Below, in pieces: positions 13,688 to 23,571 of a stretch of 64,000 bases of DNA; the first letter of the stretch is position 1, and every line of letters begins with the position of its first letter. The position numbers and the translations under genes were made by a program. The notes below the pieces were generated by a model that made no database searches, was not told the DNA's origin, and was given only the letters and a program-made list of their open reading frames with translations. This stretch comes from Eledone cirrhosa (Eukaryota), in NCBI GenBank assembly GCA_964016885.1, contig OZ024747.1:93372001-93436000 (forward strand). Reading direction: 5' to 3'.

Positions 13688-13733
13688 CAGGGTGTCTAAT
13701 AAATATGTATATACATTTTGGGGGGACACCTTG
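13688..13733. mobile_element. Tiny Tc1/mariner-type MITE (deleted)
   Basis: TA-CAGGGTGTC...GACACCTTG. Confidence 0.6.
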
Positions 13734-14480
13734 TGTATATATATATATATATATATATAAATAGAGAGAGAGAGAGATGTTTAAATGAATACATATATAC
13801 ATCATCGTTTCATCGTTTAACGTCTGCTTTCCTTGAAATGATATAGCGATGAATTGTCTGTGTATGTATGTATTGTGTGTATATGTTCCTAAGTTCATGC
13901 TGTTTCTGTGTAGAGTATTAGATGTCATATAAACTATTAACAAACGATATCTAGCTACATGCATTACACATCCTGATATGACATCTTCTGTTAAACACTT
14001 AACATGTACCATGTACTCAGATTATTTTGGTAACTGCTCAAGTTTACATATTCCAGGAGGAGGAAGAGGCTGCCAGCCTTTACTTCAGACATAACCTTTC
14101 TCGAACTATTTACTTATTTCTTCTATTTATGTTGCTGTCAGCTTTGAACAAGCAAACCTATCATCAAAGGTGTCTCACTCGTACCCATGCTATCTTTTCA
14201 TTGTTCTCTTTTTTTTTGTCTTTGTTACCAGACTACATTCTTCTAAGACGAATTGAATCCATCATTGAACTTCTATTTTATTGTACTGCCACGATTTAAA
14301 GCAGTGAAAATTTGTTGGTGTTTTTTTATTTTTTTATCTCTATTTAGCCCTGGGCCAACCTTGTACAAGCAGACTTATGAATTTAAAATGTTTCTGCTCA
14401 GTTCAACTCCACACTTTTTTTATGACAGCCTAATTAAAGTAAAAAGAGCCTGTCCCAAGCTTAACCCAGTTTTATTCATG

Positions 14481-14674
14481 TTAACACTTTAGCATTTACA
14501 TTACTCTATATATACTATTGTATTTTTGCTGTAAAGTCTTTATCTCACATAATATCGAATTTATGAGATTTTGATATTATTTATTTTGTGAACAATACCT
14601 TAACATCAGTATGAATGCCTGGTTACGACCAGTTTGAACAGAAAGAGGTGAGATAATTCTGGCTGGTTTAAATG
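14481..14674 (-). mobile_element. piggyBac-type MITE family A (one end damaged)
   Basis: Same body in reverse orientation. Confidence 0.75.
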
Positions 14675-15089
14675 GGAGCATATGACACCAGACTATCACA
14701 GGGTTAAACCCCCAGCTGCTACTGATACTTATTTTCAGTTCTGTTAACTGGTACAACATGAAATAAAGTGTTTTGCTCAAGAACACAACACACTAACCTC
14801 TAGCCTATGATTTTCAGATCATTTTGAAGATCATTTTAGTAATAAAACTTACTTCCTCATTATTATGTTGACATTTGGAACATAATTTAACAAAAGATTC
14901 TTATATAAATCTAAGATAGACGGATTTTAGATAAATATAAACACTTTAAAATTAATAATTTTGTTACACTGACACAAAGAATCACAACTGACCAACTACT
15001 GCTTTAGCCACACTAAACATCCATTGTAAATACCATTGAAGTGACCTCTGTATGAGTATCCTCCACCACCAACTAACTTGCCTTCTGCT

Positions 15090-15200
15090 TCTGGGTCTGA
15101 CAGGACAGAGAATGCATTGCTCTGGAGAACAGCGAGGGAGATGTGTTGAAACATCTACTCCAACTCGCGGGACTCACACCTGCTGGTGGCCAACTCCGGA
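15090..15200 (-). mobile_element. Extreme C-terminal fragment of a CRE-clade element
   Basis: ELATSRCESRELE*MFQHISLAVLQSNAFSVLS resembles the CRE terminal motif FQRLSxAxQRGNAxxxL. Confidence 0.55.
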
Positions 15201-16336
15201 GCTTAGGTGGTTTCAGGTAGGTTGGTGATAAAAAGATTAAGGCATATTACAGGATTACATTATCTGCTCCTCCTAGCATCAATTACTTTACTGTCTGTAC
15301 TGAGTGTGTTTTATCGTGGAATCACCACAACCATCTGACAGCGTGGACTAGGTTTTTTTTTTTATCATGGCTCCAGCACTACCACTTTAGAGTAAGCTGG
15401 GTGCATTTTTTTGTGATACCAGGATGTTAAGAATTAATCATAGATCTGCCAAACCTAAACAACGACAATAACTACTTTTTTTAATAGGTTAATCAAGAAA
15501 TAAGACAAGCGAGCCTGTGTGGAGAGGGCAAAGTCAGATTCAGATCTTTAGAGGCCTTACACACTGACAAAATTTATGGTGCCTCCTCCTCTCCCCTTTT
15601 TTTATTAGCCCTGATTCAACTGCAACATTAACTGTATGGGGTCCCTCTTTACTTAAAGCCCCAAGCACAAGCATATTTTGCTTAATGGTTATACCAGGAC
15701 AGGAAGAGGGTCTTAATTTATAAGTGTAAATGCCACTGAAGAATAGAAAGAAGAGGTTGAATGAGGAAAGCTCTCAAGTCTAGAATCTAGAGGCCAGAGT
15801 GAGTTGATGGGTGAATCAGTGCCTTTTAGAGGAATGACTTTCTTTTGGTTGTTGTCTATAATGACTGTGTGCGTAGGAGTAGAATCATCCCAGACTACTT
15901 CAATGACCTGTAACAATCTAAATCACACACCACTCCCATTTAAACATGTTCACTACATAGTAACTTCCTCTGTTCAGATTGTTATATCACTGTGTGTGTC
16001 AACCCCACAGTTCATGCTAAATAGTTTACCCAAACAACTAACTGCATCTCTCACAAAATACTTCTATATATTACCATTAAAAAAAATAAAATTCCACTTT
16101 AAATACATTAACCTCACCCAGTTCTTAAACCAGTTTTTAATTTCCTAAAAAAAAAAAATGGTTTTATGTGTATATGCATGAGACAGTGTGTGTTTGTGTG
16201 CCTATGTCTATGCATATATATATTTATGTGTTTGTGTGATTCTAATGAAGAGTGTTACAGTTGTCTGAACAAGAGAACTGCCAGCTCATGAAATTCTTGT
16301 GCAAGTGGTTGAGGATTCCACAGTCATGTGCACTCC

Positions 16337-16793
16337 TAATCCTTTAGCATTTACATCTCTCTATATTTACTATTATACAATATACAGTCCACGCTGTAAA
16401 GTGGTCATGTAGGAAACATGGTAAAAAGGCTCCCAGTCCACACTGTAAATGTGGTTGGTGTTAGGAAGGGCATCCAGCCGTAGAAAACCTGCCAGATACA
16501 GTCCTATACAAGCGAGACACGGTCACCCAATCAATCTTGCCTCAAGTGGAATAATTCCCATCTAACCCATGCTAGTGTGGAAGATAGACGTTATGCGATG
16601 ATCATGATGAGCATGATGATTTTTGTGATAAAGGCTTTACTTCACATAATTATCTCACATATCGAATCTATGCGATTTTGATATTATTTATTTTGAGAAG
16701 AATACGTTAACATCAGTATGAGTGGTTAGTTACAGCCAGCTTGAACAGAAAGAGGTGAGAGAAATTTGGCTGATTTAAATGCTAAAGGGTTAA
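16337..16793 (-). mobile_element. MITE family A interrupted by an RTE-tail insertion (about 16384-16620)
   Basis: Both TIRs present; inner insert ends in a (GAT)n-like tail. Confidence 0.8.
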
Positions 16794-17207
16794 CATAGTG
16801 CTCAAGGAGATTCAGTGTGGCACGCAAGGTACAACTCTTTATGCTAGGTGTATGGATTGGAGCAACATGAAATAAAGTGTCTTGTTTAAGTACACAATAT
16901 GCCACCTGGAATTTGAACTCATGACCATTCAATCATGAGCTGAACACTCTAATCACAATCTAGTAATTCACAAGGGAGGACTCAATATATAATGGAGTAA
17001 ATATATTTGTTTTATCAATCATTTTTCTTACAACATAGCTATGATGTTTTAGCTGAAATATCATAGCTATATTGTAAGAAAAATGATGAAATATATTTAC
17101 TCTACTAGAAATATATGCTTGCAAGCAGGGAAAAGCGGACGTAAAATGATGATGATGATGATATATATATGTATAGAGAGAGAGAGAGATAAAGAGCGAG
17201 AGAGAGA

Positions 17208-17475
17208 ACTGTTACTTCTCCGAATTGAGAAATCTCAGCTCCGATACTATGGGCATGTGGTTAGAATGTCTCAGGAAAGAATCGCTGGACAGATTTTACG
17301 GACAAAACCAACCAGCAGGAGACCCAAGGGTAGACCCTGAACAAGATAGTTGGATAACATCCATTAGCCTGGTTGGTCTCACTTGGGGATCTAGCCGGAT
17401 CAGTTGCTTCTGACAGGACCTGCTGGAAGGAGTGTTTGAGGACTCTGCCCCCATGACCCTCTCAGGAATAAGTGG
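17208..17475 (+). mobile_element. Second RTE-type family 3' fragment
   Basis: LLLRIEKSQLRYYGHVVRMSQERIAGQIL...RRPKGRP. Confidence 0.75.
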
Positions 17476-17496
17476 CTGAAGAAGAAGATATATATA

Positions 17497-18165
17497 TCAG
17501 CTGTATAACAAAGTGCAGGGCAATAAAGATAGAAGGTAGCCACGGAGTAGGCAGACCCAGGAAAACCTGGGACGAGCTGATAAATTCCGACCTCACACAC
17601 TTACACCTCTCCAAGACAATGTTACTGGACCGAGACCTTTGGCGGTACTCAGTAACAGAGAAGACCCGCCTTACCTAAATACAAAGTAAAACCTACTAGT
17701 CAGTAGGCATCTCTAACAAAATTCACCCCCGTCCCACCCCATCCACACCGCCCCTTCAATGCAAAGTTATGTTGGTGCCACAACATCCAGGCCGAAACAA
17801 ACGAGATCGTGTAGGTGTCACGACAAAAAAACACACAGTCCACGCTGTAATGTGACCGTGTAGGCAACACGGTAAAAACCTCCCAGTCCCACACTGTAAA
17901 TGTGGTTGGTGTTAGGAAGGGCATCCAGCTGTAAAAAACACGCCAGACAGTCCACGCTGTAATGTGGCCGTGTAGGCAACACGGTAAAAACCTCCCAGCC
18001 CCACACTGTAAATGTGGTTGGTGTTAGGAAGGGCATCCAGCTGTAGAAAACCCGCCAGACAGTCCTATGCGAGCAAGACAACCACTCTTGCCTCAAGTGG
18101 GAAACCCCCGTCCAAACCCATGCAAGCGTGGAACAGGGACGTTAAACGATGATGATGATGATGAT
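17497..18165 (+). mobile_element. RTE-type LINE 3' end, UTR with internal tandem duplication, (GAT)n tail
   Basis: SCITKCRAIKIEGSHGVGRPRKTWDELINSDL...DRDLWR; duplicated unit about 17836-17946 / 17947-18060. Confidence 0.85.
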
Positions 18166-18907
18166 CATCATCATCAGAATCATTTAAGTCTGCGTATGTA
18201 ATGTTTATACGTACATAAGTATAAACAAGAAAAAATAAAGTCAGGTTGTTCAGATAGAAAAGACTAACACATCTCATCACAGAACTTTATCTATACATTA
18301 GCAAACAGTTGCAGTGTGTCTTCAAAATGTCTGCTTACTGTTCTCTGTTATATTGCAACTGGTTAGCCCACGATTTGAATATAAACCAACTTTGATTGTT
18401 ATCACTTTGTACAGGATTTTAGTATAGTTAATACACATCATAGCAATTTACATATCATGTTGATAGATATGGATGAAGTTTATGTCTGTGTGTGTATAAC
18501 AAAGATGTTTAGACTAGAGAAATTACACAGCAATATTTATATTGCACTAATATAAAGATCTTTGTTAACTTGCTTCAACTTCCTGAAAATTCTCTGATAA
18601 TCTTTGAAAATTTCAAATATTCCTTCCAGCATTAACGAAGAATTTTTTGCTTCTAAATAAAATATGAATAACAAACAATACACAGAAATATAAATACTTT
18701 TGTTCTTAGATTTGGTAGGTTAATAGACTACCTGCCAAAAGGTGAAGAGTATATCCTGTCATTGTTGCTATGCTATGTTCATGGCCAGGATATTTATCAC
18801 TCTAGTTCTTAGTTCACCTAACTATAAATAGTTACCATATATAAGAACAGGTGTCTGTGACCAATGCTGGCACTATTGTATAATTAGGTGCTGAATAAGC
18901 TGAGCCA

Positions 18908-19134
18908 TTAACCCTTTACCATTTTCATTACTCTATATTTACTATTGTATTTTCACAGTAAAGGCTTTACCTAACATAATTAACTCACATAATATCGAAT
19001 CTGAGATTTTGATATTTTTTATTTTGAGAACAATAACTTAACATCAATATGGGCAGCTGGTTATGGCCAGTTTGAACAGAAAAAGGTGAGAGAATTCTGA
19101 CCAGATACAGCTGGTTTAAATGCTAAAGGGTTAA
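18908..19134 (-). mobile_element. piggyBac-type MITE family A
   Basis: TTAA-flanked TIRs. Confidence 0.85.
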
Positions 19135-19300
19135 GGTGTCACATTAAAAATACTTCATTATTAGACCTTTCATCCTTACGGGGTCGATAAAATAAAGTAC
19201 CAGTAATGTACTGGGTATTTGCTGGCCTTGTGCCTAAAATAGAAACAATTATTAGTCTCAGCTCACTGTGCCATAAGTTTGTAGCAAGAGTTGCCTCCCT

Positions 19301-19675
19301 TGTTGTGACGATCACATCACCAATAGATTAACGCTCTCTAGACAGGAAGTAGCTGGAGTTACTTCCTGTTGGGCGTGGCAGAACCCTTTTTGTCACTTCC
19401 GTCTTGAGACTCTATAAAAGGGATACTCAGAGCGATCTCTCTTTTTTTTTGCCCTTTCGGTTGCTGGCCTTCGGTCAGGCGCGTTCGCCGAGTCTCAACT
19501 CTCTGGCAACCCTAACATGGTCTCTTGCCAGCTAACTTCAAAACGGTAACAAATAACTTTACTTCATTCTTTCATCTACTCATGGACATGTCAACTATAC
19601 TATTCTACATAACTTCAACTTGTTAATTAAACTTTATACACACAACTGAGTCTCCTGTTATATTCATACACAACA
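19301..19675 (+). mobile_element. Solo LTR (375 bp)
   Basis: TGTTGTG...CACAACA terminal inverted repeat (TG..CA), TATAAAA at 19413-19419, ATTAAA near 19626, CpG-richer than flanks. Confidence 0.75.
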
Positions 19676-20368
19676 GTATTCGGTTATAAGTTCAAATCCT
19701 GCTAAAGTTAAACTTTACTTATCTTTTCCAAATTGATAAATAAAGTACCAGTTCAGTATTGAGGTCAACTCTATCTGTTTGTCTGCCTGTCTCTCTCTGT
19801 CTGCCTTTCTCTCTCTAAGAGAATCTGTTGTGTTTAAACAAGGAAAGGCAATGGTTGTCTCCACAAGACTTAAAATACCTAAGTCACTCTGTATGTCACT
19901 ATGGTGTCCTATGACTCCATTAGGAGTTACAGGTTCATACATACAAGTACATGGAAAGAAAAAAATCAACAGTGTTTGACTAGGACAAGAAGAGGCTTCA
20001 CCAGGTTTAAAATGGCCAAGACGTGCCAAAACAGTGCCTCTATAATTCCATTAGAAGTTAATGGCTCTTTACTTTATACTTATTGTGTATCTAATAACTG
20101 TTTGTGTTCACATGCTGTAAAGAATTCAGTACAGAATTCAAGTTATTTGATGGATCTGGAAATACACTACAATGGAAGCCATTTTAGTGTATCTTCTGCA
20201 AGAAATCTCCCTATTGTGACATCTTCACTGATATGAGGAATCAATGTTGGAGCCTCTTTGTGAACATATTTCGAGATCTTTGTGATTATTCGATCTGCTG
20301 GAATTAGTAGCCAAATCTTCCTTAAATTGCCCAAATTCTATCATGACAAAATTGCTTTAAAGTATTTA

Positions 20369-21119
20369 TCTATATATCTAAAACAGAGAATGTCTGTCTC
20401 TCTGTCTGTCAGCTCCCTAAAACTTGAGAACCACCCAACCGATTGTTTTCAAACTTTACACATGCAATACTTATGGTCCTGTGAGTGTTTGGAGAAAAAT
20501 AAATTTCAAATTTTCAATGCCCTAGGGATCGCATTAGGCGATTTAGCGATCTCTCTCTATAATTCTTAGTCTTTCTTTTTAGATAGATACATAGATATAA
20601 CGTTGCGCTCTTATAATATTTGTCTGTATGTCTGGCTGTCTGCATTACGACATTATGATGCTGTGTGTGTATATATGTATATATAGTGTATGTATATATA
20701 TATATATAGTGTGTAATGTTTTTCGAAATATTTACTTCTGTGTTCACAGATTGATTTTTTAGTTTCAGAAGATCCCGTTAAGGGTGACAGCAGCGATTCT
20801 TTGCTTAAACTTTAATCTGTTATTTTAATATATATATATAATTATATATTCATGTACAGATATTTTTGCATACACAATCACAACATATAAACAAAAGTAT
20901 TTATTTCGCGATAAAGTATTGATTTTCTACGACAAATTTTAGACACCATCCGAGGCCGAGGTATTCTCTGTACTGTTATATATATATATATATATAATTA
21001 TATATTCGTGTACAGATATTTTTGCATACACAATAACAAAATATAAACAAATATATATATATATCAAATATATAAGAACCTTAGAGCAAATCCCAAGCAA
21101 CACTGGGCCATTCTGCTAG
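20369..21119 (+). mobile_element. Non-autonomous Helitron-like element
   Basis: A|TCTATATATCTAAAA 5' end followed by (GTCT)-type microsatellite; subterminal hairpin cccaagcaacactggg (21092-21107); CTAG|T 3' end. Confidence 0.75.
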
Positions 21120-21394
21120 TATTTAAATAAAAAATAACGTTATAGAAGAATATCTTTGTCAATCTATGTACTAAATGCGAGCTTAATAAAATAGTTATTT
21201 TACTAAATGTTTTCAAATTGTTGATTATTTATAAAACTAATTGAAAAACAGATGATGTAGTAGCCTGAAAATGCTCATTTCCTGTTTGCTAAATAGAGAT
21301 AATGACAGTATTTCCTGCACACTTTTTAAATGTGGACTGGCATTTTTTATAGCTTATGTTAATATATATAACATTATAGGTATGGTTTACAAGT

Positions 21395-21575
21395 AATAAT
21401 TGTTTCTACTTTTTGGCACAAGGCTAGCAATTACCCAGTGCATTACTGGTACTTTATTTTATCGACCCCGGAAGGATGAAAGGCAAAGTTAACGGCAGGA
21501 TTTGAACTCAGAATGGCAAGGGCCGTAACTCTATGTGTCAAAGCAGAGCGTCCGACCCTCTACTGATACTGCCAG
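21395..21575 (-). mobile_element. SINE family 1
   Basis: Full-length match to the family. Confidence 0.8.
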
Positions 21576-21694
21576 TAATAATGATTTCTTTTATTTGCTA
21601 AAAGGGTGCCAAGTGACAATAATTATACTCTGCTAAAACAAAATATAATAATTTATTGTGCATGCTGTACAAAAACTAGAAAAAATTATACCAC

Positions 21695-22050
21695 AATGAT
21701 GACGATAGTGGTGATAATGATGATGATGATAGTGGTGATAATCAGCATGATAGTGTCGATAATGGTGATAATGATGATGATAGTGATAATTAGAATGATA
21801 GTGGTGATAATCAGATTGACAGTGATGATGATGACAATAATGGGTGATGGTGGTGATGATGATGATGAAGGCAATACTGGGTGATGGTGACGTTGATGAT
21901 GATGATGATGAAGGCAATACTGGGTGATGGTGACGTTGATGATGATGATGATGAAGGCAATACTGGGTGATGGTGACGTTGATGATGATGATGATGAAGG
22001 CAATACTGGGTGATGGTGACGTTGATGATGATGATGATGAAGGCAATAAT
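21695..22050 (+). repeat. (GAT)n-derived repeat with a higher-order unit of about 40-45 bp
   Basis: gaaggcaatactgggtgatggtgacgtt(gat)n repeated 4 times. Confidence 0.85.
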
Positions 22051-22224
22051 GACAATGGTAATGGAGTTTGTAATGAGGTTGAGGATGAAATTTCTAATTG
22101 TTTACTCCTAGATTTTCTCACGAAGCCAGATAAACTGTGTTGGCACCATCAAACCTAACGAATCACCTCATAATGACATCATGTTTCATTAATGGCTTGT
22201 AAATATAGTAACATTGAGAGAGTT

Positions 22225-22470
22225 ATTTTAATATTCTCTGACATATTAACCAGCTTGTGTGATATCTTAATATTCTCTGAGATATCATCATTCTGTGTGA
22301 TATCTCAATATTCTATGAGATATCATCATCGTATGTGTATCCAAATATTTATGATACATTAACCAGTCTGTGTGATATCTTATTATATGAGATATCAGCA
22401 TTCTATGTGATATCTTAATATTCTGTGATACATAAACTGGTTTGTGTGATATCTTAATATTCTATAACAC
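22225..22470 (+). repeat. AT-rich minisatellite (left part)
   Basis: tgtgatatcttaatattct.tga + (cacattaaccagt / gatatcatcatt) units. Confidence 0.85.
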
Positions 22471-23571
22471 AGTAATCGTTGGGTCGAATGTGGAACCTGT
22501 CGCATCTCTGTCTGCCTTCAATGCGCCACAGGCTTCCGGAAGAGCCCAGGCCAAAATAAGAAACATCATATTGCTACGATGGATAGACTCTGGGAGATGG
22601 TCCAGCTAACAAACTGGTCCTTTCAGTGCCTGGACTGTATGCCTGCTTCTCCCATTGCTGCGGAACAACAACAACAACAAAGACCGAAGATCGTGTCTTC
22701 TACCATTGTTCCTGAACAACAACAACAAAAACCGAGGATCGTGTCTTCCTCTACCATTGTCCCTGAACAACAGCAAAAACCAACGACCGTAGCTTCTGCT
22801 ACTACCCCCGTTGAAGGACTTCATCAACAACAGCAACTCATGTCTTCCTCACCCGTTACTTTTCAACAACAACAACCGACGACTGTGTCTTCTACCATGC
22901 CTGTTGAAGGAGAAGAACAACAACAAAAACCGACCGTCAATACGGAGTTTGAGGAAATACGGCAAATGATTTCCGCTTTAAGTCAAGAAATAGCGGAAAT
23001 AAAATCAAGCGTTCGTGTAGAACCCCACAATGAGGGATCTTACCGGAGTGCCTTGTTAAAAAATCTCCGCGTACCTCATGTTGAACCTAGACGCATTGAG
23101 AATGCCACTGAATCTGCAAACCACGAAGTGATTGCCATTGGTGTGCCGGAAGACATAGTTGATCTTCAGGCATTTGCTGCCAGTTCATCCAAAGACCTGG
23201 GCTGTGCTCCCGCAAAGGGTGCTCTACGCCTTGGCCGACCAGGCCCGAAACCCAGGTTAATTAGACTGTCGTTTTCAAACTCAGCTGAGGCACGTTCATA
23301 CCTTGTAGCCTCTGATAAAGCTAGGTGTGAAAGTCGGATTGCTTTCCGAACACATCCTGGTCTTCCACCTGATGTCCGCCCAAAGTTGCGTGCTGCAGCT
23401 TCCCTAAACCGCAGCTCGGCAGAACATGAAAGCTTCAGCCTATGAGATGATGGGCAGATATGGAAGTTTGTTAAGGCTGGCGAATCATGGAAAAGAGACA
23501 CCAGCTGGTCTGAAAACACTGTACCCACAACAACTGACAATAAAGAAACTGAAAAAACTCTGGGAAACTAA
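22471..23571 (+). pseudogene. LINE ORF1 (partial PHD-like Cys finger, Q/T-rich repeats, coiled coil), one internal TGA at 23443-23445
   Basis: WVECGTCRISVCLQC...WSFQCLDC upstream of and around the ATG at 22579; RLGRPGPKPRLIRLSF is typical of CR1-group ORF1; frame continues past the TGA to ...TLGN* at 23569-23571. Confidence 0.8.

Noticed and set aside
15713-16148. ORFs on both strands, one with a signal-peptide-like start (MTFFWLLSIMTVCVGVES)
   Set aside because: No recognisable homology or convincing exon partners; cannot be supported.
19820-20330. Protein-like minus-strand translation (IGRFLAEDTLKWLP...)
   Set aside because: Multiple stops and no identifiable family; left unannotated.
23443-23445. 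Programmed readthrough or selenocysteine at the ORF1 TGA
   Set aside because: More simply a CGA-to-TGA decay mutation in a copy that also has an ORF2 nonsense change; no SECIS seen.
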